A stretch of 64,000 nt of DNA from the human T2T-CHM13v2.0 reference genome, Homo sapiens, in NCBI RefSeq assembly GCF_009914755.1, contig NC_060926.1; one strand, 5' to 3'. Every line of letters begins with the position of its first letter. Position 1 is the first letter of the stretch. The notes beneath the pieces are model-generated. The model made no database searches and had not been told where the DNA came from. It saw only the letters and a list, made by a program, of their open reading frames with translations. Positions 39,419 through 52,672 of the stretch are shown piece after piece. The position numbers and the translations under genes are program-made.

Positions 39419-40174
39419 CCCATCAGAGAAATGCAAATCAAAACCACAATGAGATACCATCTCACACCAGTTAGAATGGTGATCATTAAAAAGTCAGGAA
39501 ACAACAGGTGATGGAGAGGATGTGGAGAAATAGGAACACTTTCACACTGTTGGTGGGACCGTAAACTAGTTCAACCATTGTGGAAGTCAGTGTGGCCATT
39601 CCTCAGGGATCTAGAACTAGAAATACCATTTGACCCAGCCATCCCACTACTGGGTATATACCCAAAGGATTATAAATCACGCTGCTATAAAGACACATGC
39701 ACACGTATGTTTATTGCGGCACTATTCACAATAGCAAAGACTTGGAACCAACCCAAATGTTCAAAAATGATAGACTGGATTAAGAAAATGTGGCACATAT
39801 ACACCATGGAATACTATGCGTCCATAAAAAATGATGAGTTCATGTCCTTTCTAGGGACATGGATGAAGCTGGAAACCATCATTCTCAGCAAACTATCGCA
39901 AGGACAAAAAACCAAACACCGCATGTTCTCACTCATAGGTGGGAATTGAACAATGAGAACACTTGGACACAGGAAGGGGAACATCACACACCAGGGCCTG
40001 TTGTGGGGTGGGGGGAGGGGGGAGAGATAGCATTAGGAGATATGCCTAATATAAATGATGAGTTAATGGGTGCAGCACACCAACATGGCACATGTATACA
40101 TATGCAACAAACCTGCACATTGTTCATGTGTACCCTAGAATTTAAAGTATAAAAAATATATATAAAAAATAAAA
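39419..40174 (+). mobile_element. L1PA (about PA4-PA5) 3' end, 5'-truncated
   Basis: ORF 39578..39949 is the ORF2p C-terminus (FDPAIPLLGIYPKDYKS...HRMFSLIGGN). 3' UTR and A-tail present. TSD AAAGAAATAGA at 39408-39418 and 40175-40185. Confidence 0.95.
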
Positions 40175-43048
40175 AAAGAAATAGATGTCCTGTAAAAATA
40201 TACACAATTTTTACAGACAAATACATTTATAAGTTGTTTTTATCTTAAAAATTGGGGATATTTCATATTTATAACTAATTATTGAGCCTTAAGTTTTCTT
40301 GGCCATTTCTAGGCTAATAAACTAAGAATCATGTAAACTAAGCCAAAGTAGAATAGACATAAAAGTCCTGAACACTTCAACTTCCTATCCTTCAAGAAGT
40401 ATACCTTGCAAAGCTCATTTGAGAGAGGAAAAGCTTTCCTCCACCCTCGGTTTTACAGTGCTGAGGCTTCTCATCACATTTCTATGACTTGTAGCTTAAA
40501 TCCATGTTACATGGTCACTGGCATTGTTAGTGCTTCTCTTTTAACACTGTAGGAATTAATCAATTTGGTGGCATATTTAATTAATTCTATCACTAGGGGA
40601 TTGTAAAATTACATATATGAATACCTCACTTTAGAGGCCACTTAATTTTTTTCCAAGGGGATATTTGACTATATTTCACTTGTGTCTTATTTAATGATTT
40701 TATAATTTAAACCCTAAATTATAAATCTAGAATTTAGAAAGTATATTTCCCCACTGGATTACATTTTTGGAAATATTATTTTATATGTGCACAAATATTA
40801 CAAAATCACTGTAGACACCTGAAAACTATATTATCTTTTAAAGGCAATATTTACATTAAACTGGTATAACAAAATTATTTGGTGCATTTTTTCCAGTACA
40901 TTTTGTGTATATTACATGTTTAACCCTTTTTTATTCAGCAAATAATTTTTGAGTATCTACTAAGTGCTAGGTTCTGCATTACTAACTGATTTTAAAGAGT
41001 GAAATAACAGACATGGTCTCAGACAATAAAAATTAACATTAGGTCACTTATTTATATATTTTTAAATGGTAATTATGAAAACTTTTTGAGATTTTTAACT
41101 AGATAACATTATAATAACGCACTTGATGTTGTTAATATTTGCCAGTGAGCAAAAAAGAAAATAAAAAGATGGTTTTATTCAATATACACTTTAAAATTGC
41201 AGAAAATAGTCAAGTTTCTCTGCTTTGCAGTTGAATGTCTATGTGTTTTTCTCTGCAACTTGGTTTTTGTGGAGTGAAACAATTATTCTTCCAGCCCAAT
41301 GAAGGCAGAAGAGTAACAATAAATCTAATATTTTAAATGCTTATCAAAAGATAGTAAACACATTATTTCAGAATACTGAGTTCAGTAAGTTGACCTACAA
41401 AAAAAGCCAAACTGACAGTATTACTGAATAAGGAAAGGCCCAAAGAGACAAAATACTTTTTATTTTGTAACCTCGGTATGACACAACTTACCCTAACTAT
41501 AAAGACCCTAAATTGCCAAGATGGGTGCTTATAATATGGAGAGTTAAAAAAAGTCACTTCACTTTTAGCTTTTTTATTTCTCTCAGAATAAAAAGTGTAT
41601 AAGGAGTTGATAAAGAAGTTGATACTATAAGTTAGTACTACAATGACAGCACTTTTCAAGAAAAGAGTTTTTTCTCTCTTACAAATATCATGTTAGCAAT
41701 ATTTGTTTTCTCCAGAAATAATGAGGAAATAAAAACATAAGTATGTGGGTAATTAGTGTAGTTTCTTAAAGAAATGAGTTAGGCAACAGGCTAATAATGT
41801 ATATTTCGCTGGCTTTTGAATGCCAACAATCATATTCTTTATAAGGCACAGAGAAGATTTTTCTAAAGAATATGTGAACCTGAAAAGTAATCACCACTTG
41901 GTAGTGACAATATGGATAGGGTGAAGGGCGTCACCAAGAAGCAATGAAAAGATACATTTGCAGTTAAATTCGAAAACCATGATGTTTAATACATATAGTA
42001 ATAAAGAATACTTTCTCCTGTTTCAAAATTATTTTAGAATTTAAGATAGAAGCTAAAATACCTAGGGATAATGATATGACTATCAAAAATTAAAAATTAA
42101 AGGACATTTTGAGTATTATAAATTAAGAATGAGAACTTATTACCCAATGAACAGGGGATAATTCATTATGCTCCATATCCATTGAATTAAAAGACAGGCC
42201 CATTACCTGGATAATTTGAAAGTTTAATTTTATTTAAAAGTCTTGTTTCATTCATCAAGCTAAAGGATTAGCTCCCAGAAATATTCTAGGATTGCCTATC
42301 CCCAACTCTGTAGGAAGTATAGAAAGAATGTTATAAGGGCCACCATCTAAACATTATTATGTAAATAATTTAGTACCATTCCATTTGCCTTTGTAGATTT
42401 AAAAATGTAAATGGCTTTCTCATATAAGGAAACATCACTTTTCAAAACCCAGGTAAACATAGTATATTGCAAGAGAATAATTATTTTCTTTATTAAAAAA
42501 GAAATACTGGATGCTAAGTCCAAAAGACATAAATTATTTTATACTAATAACTACTAATATTTTATTCATTAAAATATAAAGGTCAAAGACTTCAAAATGA
42601 TCTTTAAATGATTAATAACATGTTGATCTTTTTCTTCTTTCTGTAAACCTTTTTGAGTCTTAACAATACTAAACTATACAAGCAATATTAAATAGTATAT
42701 AAACTTGGATTAAAATATTCAAATTTACTAGAATGTGGACATCGGAAAGAATGAAAATAAACAGAAGCATAAAGCAGCAGATATAAAATTAAGAAAGCAA
42801 CTAAGAGTGTTTAAAGTGCATATTCATCTGTAGTCTAATGTCTACCATAAACAATGACTCTTCTCAGTAAAACACAAATTGTTCATGAAGGGAAAAAGCA
42901 TGTTGTATTAGAGCATATTCAACATAATTTTTTTAGTACTAACTTGTGCCTGGAGTATTATTGGTTTTTCTATTATGAACTTATGCACTTGATCATTTTT
43001 TTCATCAAAATTGTATGTACAACTCCATTCAAAAGCAGCTTTTGGTCG

Positions 43049-43365
43049 TTTTTTTTTTTTTTTTTTTTTTTTTTTTTGAGACAGAGTTTTGCTCTTTTCA
43101 CACAGGCTGGAGTGCAATGGTGCGAATTTGGCTCACAGCAACCTAGCAACTTTTGCCTCCCAGGTTCAGGTGATTCTCTTGCCTCAGCCTCTCGAGTGGT
43201 TAGGACTACAAGCATGCACCACCATGCCTGGCTAATTTTGTGTTTTTAGTAGAGACATGGTTTTGCCATGTTGACCAGGCTGGTCTTGAACTCCTGACCT
43301 GAGGTAATCCGCCCACCTTGGCCTCCCAAAGTGCTGGGTATGGGCAAGAGCCACCATACCTGGCC
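43049..43365 (-). mobile_element. AluS
   Basis: Poly-T plus Alu body, TSD TCAAAAGCAG(C/T)TTT. Confidence 0.93.
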
Positions 43366-43709
43366 TCAAAAGCAGTTTTTAAAAGCAAACACAATATAAC
43401 ACCAAAGTTGAAAAATCCATGCTCACCCAAGGATGCCAGGTTTAATAAATTGTTGATAGAATACTACATCAAAAATAAGACAATAACCCAGAATATACCA
43501 TTAAAGATGTACCCACTCCTACAACTAGAGATAACTAATCTATCTGGTAGCAAATGATACTTCAATCAGTTTCAGCATGTCTGAAATCTTTAAGGTCAAA
43601 AGTGATAAAACATGACTTCATTCTTCATTAGACTCTTAGAACACTTGAAGGAAAATAATTTCTGAAGCACGAAGAGGTAAAGAGGTGTAATCTTTCAAGA
43701 AGATATTCA

Positions 43710-44030
<321 letters not shown>

Positions 44031-44559
44031 AGAGTGTAATATCGGTATACACAGATAATATACTGAATGAAACAAATAGAATAATTTGAAGAGGTATCTT
44101 GATGAACAAGGAGTCATTAGAGAGGTTGTATTTATGCCTTTGAAGGAAATTGCAATGTGAGAAATTAATACTTTGACTACTATACTAAAAGTTTATTGCT
44201 AACATGTATTGAGCTATTAACGTGTGTTAGGCAGAGTACCATATAACTTACAAGTGTTATCTCATTTATTGTAGGTAAAATGTAATTTCAAACTCTGGGA
44301 GTATAAATGAACTAGATAGAATAAAATTCTATTTAAATGGCCATCAGTAAATCGGTATCTAGGAACAGGGTGATACAGTGCCCAAGTTTTCTATTCTTAC
44401 TAAATGTTGTGTTTCATTTTCAGTGCTTTCTTGGATATTGCTCTTTTTTGGTGATTTTGATTTTTTTTATTTTAGAAAACTAATAAATTGATTCTTCTTG
44501 GTACTGACTCAGGTTTTATAGAAGAAAAAGTAATTAAATTCTGTACATTTACCTTTACC

Positions 44560-45243
44560 TCATTTTTTCTCTTTTAAATTTACTTTAATTGACATATAAT
44601 AAATGTACATGTTATGGGGTACAGAGTGATATTTTGATATATTTATGCAATGCGTAAAGATCAAGTCAGAGTCATTATCATATCCATTACCTAAATCATG
44701 TATTATTTCTTTGCAGTGAGAATATTCAAAATCTTTTATTTTAGTTATTTGAAAACACACAATAAATTCCCGTTAACTACAGTCACCCAACAGTGCTGTA
44801 GAGAACTAGAACTTCTTCCTTCTCTCCAGCTGTAATTTTGTATGTATTAACCACATTTTTCTTATACTCTTCTTTCTCCTACTCTTTCCAGGATATGGTA
44901 ACCAAAACTCTACTATCTACCTCTACGAGATTAAAAATTTTAGCTTCCATACATAAGTGAGAACACATAGTTATGTGGTGTTTATATTTCTATGCCAGGC
45001 TTATTTCACCTAACATAATGCCGCCCACTTGCATTCTTGTTGCCACAAATAACAGGATTTTGTTCTTTATTATGACTAAATAATATTCCATTATATATGT
45101 ATGTCACATTTCTTTATCCATTCATCTGTTGATGGACACTTTTGTTGATTCCACATCTTGGCTATTGTGAATAGTGCTGTAATAAACATGGGGGTGCAGG
45201 TAACTCTTTGATATACTGATTTTCTTTCCTTTGGATATATACT
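44560..45243 (-). mobile_element. L1MA-type 3' end
   Basis: TTTTTAGCTTCCATACATAAGTGAGAACA and TTTATCCATTCATCTGTTGATGGACAC...GGCTATTGTGAATAGTGCTG. Confidence 0.88.
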
Positions 45244-45945
45244 GAAAACCATATGATTAAATTAATAAACACAATAAAAGCGTTTGGCAAAATTAAATAT
45301 TCTTACATGACAAAAAACTTCTCAACAATTTAGTATAGAAAATATATGCCTTAACACAAAGGACATAAAGGACAAATCTACAGCTAAGATCATACTGAGT
45401 GTGGAAAAGGTGAAAGATTTTACTGTGAACAAGAAAAAGATTTTACTGGAACAAGAAAAGGATGCCTATTCTCACCAATCATATTTCACATAGTGAAAGT
45501 CTTAGCCAGGACAATTAGGTGAGAGAAAGAAATAAAGGACATCTGAATTGGAAAGGAGACAGTCAAATTGTCCCTGTTTAAAGACAATGTGATCTTATAC
45601 ATGGAAAAAAATAAGACTCTACCAAAAGCTTCTTGGGGTGATACATGAAATTAATAAAGTTGCAGGATATAAATCAACATATAAAAATCAGTAGCATTTC
45701 TATATATTGATAGTAAACTAGCTGAAACAAGAAATTAAGAAAGCAATTCCTTTTAGAATAGCTACAAAAATGTACTTAGAAATAAATTTAACCAAGGAAG
45801 TAAAAGATTTCGACAACAAAAATGACAAACATTAATGAAAGAAATTAAAGAAAACATAAAAAAGGAAAGACATCCACTTTTATAGATTGAAATAATATTC
45901 TTAAAATGACCCACTATCCTATGTGATTTACAAATTTAGTACAAT
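45244..45945 (+). mobile_element. L1 ORF2 (RT region) fragment in opposite orientation
   Basis: AAAACCATATGATT..., GGAACAAGAAAAGGATGCCTATTCTCACC and AAAGTTGCAGGATATAAATCAACATATAAAAATCAGTAGCATTTCTAT. Confidence 0.85.
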
Positions 45946-46660
45946 CACTAGCTTGTATTTTTAAAAGCACCTTTGCTGCATATTCTTAAGATATTCAATG
46001 ACAATGCCTGGATTTAAGTTTGAGGTATTATTATATCTATTTTATACTGGGCACAATATAATGTTATCAGAGATAATGGTTTTGATTGGTCCTAGGTCAT
46101 ACAGTAATATATACATTGTGATTTATAGACATGCTATCTTTTAATACTCAGACATTTAGAAAGTTCATTTAGACAAAGTTATAAAAACTTGCCTTCCTTT
46201 CTGCCTATATCACCTAAAAATCCTAATTTAAGAGGTAATAACACTTTTTATTTGATATACAATTTATCAACACAATAAAAATCTAACAATTATCATGTGC
46301 AGAGTGTGAAAATCTCATCAGATTAAGGAACACAAAGACATCTTTCTCCTATTTTGAATGTAAAACTGTTTTGGAAACTTATTTTCAGAAACAGTTAAAA
46401 ACATTTTTTCATTAGTTTTTCATGTAAAATTGTGACAACCAGCATGAAATAACTGTCATCACAGAAGCATGGTATATTCGATTCCGAAACATATTCTTTG
46501 TAAGTTTTAATATATTTATGTATTATTTATACTTAATTGTAACCCATAATGTACAGATATTATTTTTCCTTCAACTCTTAAGAATATTCTTAAATAATAA
46601 AATTAAAATTAATGAATTATAATTTTTGTTGGTTGGGAAAAAGACACACACGTGACAGTG

Positions 46661-49456
46661 CATCACTTCACCTCATCATTTCATTTCATCTCATCATTTC
46701 ATCTCATCATTTTATCTCATCATTTCATCTTATCCCATCTCATCTCATCATTTCATATCGTCTCATCATTTCATCTCATCATTTCATCAAATCTCATCTC
46801 ATCTCATTTCCATTTCATTCTCATTATTTCATTTCATCATTTCATTTCACTATTTCATTTCATTTCATCTAACTTCATTTATTTCATTATGTCATTTCAT
46901 ATCATCTCATTTCATTTCATGTCGTTTTTGATATCATTTTTCATATCATTTTTCATCTCATCATCTCAGTTCATTTCATCTCATCATTTCATCTCATCTC
47001 ATCATTTCCTCCTTTCTTTTCAACATTTCATCTCATTTCTTCTCATCTCATTTCAATTTTATTTCATTATTTCATCTCATTTCATTATTTCACCTAATTT
47101 CATTATTTCATCTCATCCCATCTCATCTCAATTCGTCTCATCTCATTTCATCTCATCATTTCATCTCATCATTTTTCATCTCATCATTTAATCTCATTTC
47201 ATTTCATTTCATCTCATCATTTCAGCTCATTTCATGTTACATCTCTTCATTTCATTTCAACATTTCATTTCATCTCATCATTTCATCCAATCTCATCTTT
47301 CAATTTCACTTCAATATTATCAATTCATTTCATTTCATTATTTCATTATTTCATTTCATTTCATCCCATCATTTCATCTCATTTTTCATCCCATCATTTT
47401 TCATCTCATCTCATCATTTCATCATTTCATCTCATTTCTTCTCATTTCATCTCATCATTTTATCTCATTTCATCTCATCTCATTTCAATTTCATTTCACT
47501 TCATTTCATTTCATCATTTTATCTCATCTCATCAAGTCATTTCTTCTCATCTCATCTCATTTCATCATTTCATCTCATCATTTCATCTCATTCTTTCATT
47601 TCATCTCATCGTTTCATCTCATTTCATCTCATCTCACCTCAGCATTTCATCATTTCATCTCATCATTTATTTCATCTCATTTTATCTCATTTCATCTCAT
47701 ATCTCCATTCAATTTCCTTTCATTATTTCATCTCATTCATTTCATCTCATTTCATTACATCTCATCATTTCCTCTCATCATTACATCTCATCTCATCATT
47801 TCATCTCATCATTCATCTCATCATTTCCATTTCATTTCCATTTCATTATTTCATTTCATCATTTAATTTCATCATCTCATTTAATTTCACCTCATTTCAT
47901 TATTTCATTTCATTTTTTCATTTCATTATGTCATTTCATCTCATTACGTTTCATCTAATTTCATTTCACCTCATTTCATCTCATCATTTCATTTCATCTC
48001 ATTTCATCTCTTTTCATCTCATTTCATCTCATCATCTCATCAACTCTTTTCATCTTATCTCATTTCATCATTTCATCTCATCATTTCATCTCATCTCGTA
48101 TCTTCTCATCTCATTTCGATTTCATTATTTCATTTATTTCATGTCATCTCATCTCATCATTTCATCTCATCATTTCATCTCATCACATCTCATTTCATCA
48201 TTTTATTTCATCATCTCATCATTTCATCTCATCTCATTTCAATTTTATTTCAATTTCATTTCATTATTTCATTTCATTTCATCAGTTCATCTCACCATTT
48301 CATTTCATCATCTCATCTCATCATTTCATCATTCATCTCATCATTTCATCTCATCATTCATCTCATCATTTCATATCATCATTTTATCTCATTTCATCTC
48401 ATTTCATCTCATCTCATTCCATCATTACATCTCATTTCATCTCATTTTATGTCATCATTTCATGTCATCATTTCATCACATCTCATCTCATTTCATCTCA
48501 TCATTTCATCATTTCATCTCATTTCAACTCATTGCATCTCATCTCATCATTTCCATTATTCCATTTCATCATTTCATTCATTATGTCATTTCATCTCATC
48601 ATATTTCATCTCATCTCATCATTTCATCTCATCATTTCATCTCATTTCATCTCATCATTTCATCTCATTTTATCTCATCTCATCATTTCATCATTTCATC
48701 TCATCATTTCTTCTCATCTCATCATTTCCATTTCATTTTCATTTCATTATGTTTCATCTCATTTCATTATTTCATTTCATTATGTCATTTCATTTCATCT
48801 CATTACATTTCATCTCATTTCATCTCATCATTTCATCCATCATTTCATTTCATTTCATCTCATGATTTTATCTCATCCAATCTCATTATCTCATTTCATC
48901 TCATTATTTCATCTCATTTTATCTCATCTCATTTCATCATTTCATTTCATCATTACATCTCATCATGTCAAATCATCTCATTTCAATTTCATTTCAATTT
49001 CATCATTACATTTCATAATTTCCTTTCATTACTTCATTTCATTTCATCTCATTTCATTATTTCATTTCATCTCATTTTTCATCTCATCATTTTTCATCTC
49101 ATTTCATCTCATCATTTCATCTCATCGTTCATCTCATTTCATCTCATCATTTTATCTCATTTCATCTCATCTCATCTCATTTCAATTTCATTATTTCATA
49201 TCATTTCATTATTTCATTTCATTTCATCTCATCATTTCATCTCATCATTTCATCCATCATCTCATCATTTCATCTCATTTTATCTCATCTCATCTCCTTT
49301 CAATTTCTTTTCAATTTTGTCATTTCGTCTCATCATTTCATCTCATTTCTACTCACCATTTCATCTCAAAATTTCATCTCATCATCTCATCTCATCTCAT
49401 TTCGTCATTTCATCTCATCATTTCATCTCATCTCAAGTCATCTTATCATTTCATCT
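46661..49456 (+). repeat. Degenerate (CATTT/CATCT/CAT)n satellite-like array, about 2.8 kb
   Basis: Continuous mosaic of CATTT, CATCT and CAT units with a nearly G-free top strand. It produces spurious ISFH-rich ORFs. Confidence 0.95.
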
Positions 49457-49619
49457 AAGTGAAATGATGTAATGGAATCATGAAATGAAATGGATAGGAT
49501 GCCCTCAGTGATGTTAAATTTAAAAATTGTTTCTTTTCATGTATGCATTTTTATATTTATATGTATTTATATTTATATTTACTTATATTTATTTTTACTT
49601 ATTTTTATTTATATTTTTA

Positions 49620-50045
49620 CTTATTTCTTTATTTATAGACAAGGTCCTGTTCTGTGGCCTAGGCTGGAATGCAGTGGTGCATTCACAGTTCACTGCAGCC
49701 TCGAGCAAACCTCCCACCTTAGCCTCTCAGGTAGCTGGGACCCCAGGTGCGCACCACCACACCTGGTTAATATTTTATTATTTGCAGAGATGGAGTCTTG
49801 CTATTCTGCCCAGGCTGGTCTCAAACTCCTGGGCTCAAGCAATCCTCCTGCATTGGCAACCCAAAATGCTGGGATGACAGATATGAGCCACAGTGCCCAA
49901 ACTATTTATTTATTTATTTATTTATTTAACAAAGACAAGGTCTCACTATGTTGCCCAGGCTGATCAACTCCTGGACTCAAATGATTCTCCAAACTTGGCC
50001 TCTCAAAATGTTGGGATTACAGGTATGAGCCACCATGCCTGGCCT
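49620..50045 (-). mobile_element. AluJ (about 49620-49898) plus adjacent Alu left-arm fragment (about 49903-50045)
   Basis: Two tandem minus-strand Alu bodies, each with a (TTTA)n tail. Confidence 0.85.
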
Positions 50046-50473
50046 AAAAATAGTATTATATTTTTGTATCATATAATTTTCAATTAGGTAATATGAATAT
50101 TCTGGACAGGAAATACACCCTTAATAACATAGGAATAAACATTTGTTACACTGAGAAAAATCTAATAGAGCTAAAATTAAAAATTAATTTGGAAAGGTCA
50201 TTAGATACTGATACATTCTTACGTTTATACATTCTTTCATATATTCATATATCCTTTTAACAGTATCAATGGTTTGGAGTTATGTGTACAAAACCATGAC
50301 CTATATGTAATACAACCAATAACAGGCACTTACAATTCAAGGCATATTATATACAAAGCTTTAACTTCTTATCAAAATATTTTGTTTTCTTCTTTCTGTT
50401 TTGGTAGATACTATGAACACAACATTCAACTCACAGACACCATGGAGCTTTACTAAGCATAAAGTACTGTGAA

Positions 50474-52212
50474 AGGCCAGGGCTAGGACAGAACTGAGAC
50501 AGGTCCAGGGATAGGACAGAACTGGGGCAGGGTCATGGCCAGAGAAAAACCAGGGGCAGGGTCACAGCCAGGGACATGAGAGGACCAAGGCCAGGGCCAG
50601 AAGCAGGGCAGAACCAGGGCCAGGGCAGGGACATGGCAGGGCCAGGGCCATGGCAGGATCAGGGTCAGCAGAAGGCCAGGGCAGGGCTAGGGTAGCACAG
50701 GGCCAAGGCAGGGCAGGGCCAGTGGAGAGCAAGGAACAGGCCAGGGTATGGCAGGGCAGGGACAGGGAGGTCCAGGGCCAGAGTCAGGTCCAGGACATGG
50801 ACAGGGCAGGGCCAGAAACATGGCAGGACCAGAAAGGGGACAGGGCAAGGGCAAGGCCAGAGAAGGACCATGGAAAAAACATGGCCAGGGAGGGTCCAGG
50901 GCAAGGGCAAGGCCAGGGCAGAACCAGAGCCAGAGCAGGCCAAAGGCAGGGCCAGGGTAGGGTGGGGCCAGTGTAGGGTGAGGGTAGGGCCAGGGCGAGT
51001 TCAGGGCCAGGGCAGGACTAAGATAGCACAGGGCTAAGGCAGGGCCAGGGCAGGGCCAAAAGGAGGGGCCAGGGCCAAGCATGGCCAGTGTCAGACCTGG
51101 GGATTGTCAGGGCCAGGGTCAGGGTCAAGGCTGGGCCAGGGACAGGGCCAGAGCAAGGGCAGGGCCAGGGAGAAAGCAGAACCAGAGAGGATCCAGAGCA
51201 AGGCCAGGGTCAGGGCAGAACCAGGACCAGGATAAGGCAAAGCCAAGGCCAGGGTAGGGCAAGGCCAGGGCAGGGCAAGATCAGGGAAGGGCAAGGCCAG
51301 GGTAGAAAAGGCCAGGGTAGGGCCAGGCCAGGGTAGGAGAAGGCCATGGTAGGGCCAAGGCCAAGGCAGGGCAGGGCTAGGGTAGCACAGGGCATGGCCA
51401 AAAACAGAGCAGGGCCATAGCAGTGGCAGGACTAGCAACAGGGCTAGGGCAAGCGCTGGACCAGAGCATGGTGGGGACAATACAGGGCCAGGACAGAGGA
51501 TGGCAAGGCAGGTCCAGGGCCATTTCATGGACTCAGTAGGCCTGGGGTCAGGCCAGGGCAGGGCAAAGGCAAGGCCAGGGAGAAGGCAGGGCCGGGGCCA
51601 AGGCAGTGCCAGGGCAGGGCAGGACCAGTGCAGGGCCAATGCAGGGTGAGGGCAAGGCCAGGGCACGGAAGGGCAGGGCAGGACCAAGGAAGGGCCAGGA
51701 GAGGGCCACGGCAGGGTCATGGCCAGAACAAGGGTATGGCTGGGGTCAGGAATATGGCAGGATGAGGGCTGGGCCCAGGCTGAGGCACGCAGGGCAGAGC
51801 ATGGCCTGTGCGACGCATGGCCAGAGCCAGGCCATAGAGATGGGAGGGCAACACCAAGGCAGAGTCAGGGTAGATCCAGGGCTGAGCAGAGTCAGGGCAG
51901 GTCCAGAGTCGAGGCAGAGCTAGGGCCCAAGCAGGGCCATGGCAGCACCAGGGCAGAGGAGGGCAGGGCAATGCAGGACTGGGCCATGGCAGTGCCTGGT
52001 CAACTCCAGGGCAGGGCCAGAAGCAGGACAGGGCCAGGGCCAATGCTCAGGCCAGGGACAGGGCATGACAGGACGTGCCAGAGCAGGGCTGGGCCAACGT
52101 TGGGGCAGGGCAAATCAGACCAGGACACCTCCAAGTCCAGCTCTGGCCCTGCCTTGGCCCTGGCCCCTTCCTGGCCTGACCTTGTCCCTGGCCCTGCCCT
52201 ATCCATGCCCTG
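50474..52212 (+). repeat. CAGGG repeat block 1 (G-rich strand +; last about 70 bp inverted)
   Basis: Degenerate CAGGG/CAGGGC/CCAGGG units. Switches to CCCTG at 52141-52212. Confidence 0.92.
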
Positions 52213-52261
52213 TGTGTTTGACCAGTGTTTTATAACCAGAATCCTACAAGAAACTTAAATT

Positions 52262-52555
52262 AGTTCTTTTTGTGCATTTTTAGTAGGGATGGGGTTTCAC
52301 AATGTTGCCCAGGCTGGTTCCAAACTCCTGAGCTCAAGCCATCTGCCTGCCTTGGCCTCCCAAAGTGCTGGGATTACAGGAGTAATCTGGCCAAGTATTT
52401 ACCTTCTTTATGCCTGTTTCCTACATTTGGAAAATGGGGATGCTTTAAGTACCTAGCATATAGAATTATTATGAGAATCAATGCCTCACATATTTACATG
52501 TTGATAAAATTATACTCATAGAACACTACTGGAAGCAAAGATAGTATTAGTTAAA
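52262..52555. mobile_element. Alu left-arm fragment (-, about 52262-52385) and MIR fragment (+, about 52390-52555)
   Basis: TTTTAGTAGGGATGGGGTTTCACAATGTTGCCC...GGGATTACAGG, then TGCCTGTTTCCTACATTTGGAAAATGGGGAT...TTATTATGAGAATCAATG. Confidence 0.75.
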
Positions 52556-52672
52556 ATTTAGTGATTACTGCAAATATCATTACTATTACAAACAACATAG
52601 TATAGACATTACTACTACTATAGTTATCTTAAAAATCTAAAATAAAAATTTTACGTAATAGCCTAAAGTAAT

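Noticed and set aside
46612-49472. Long ORFs up to 514 aa rich in I/S/F/H
   Set aside because: Artefacts of the CATTT/CATCT satellite, which rarely forms stop codons.
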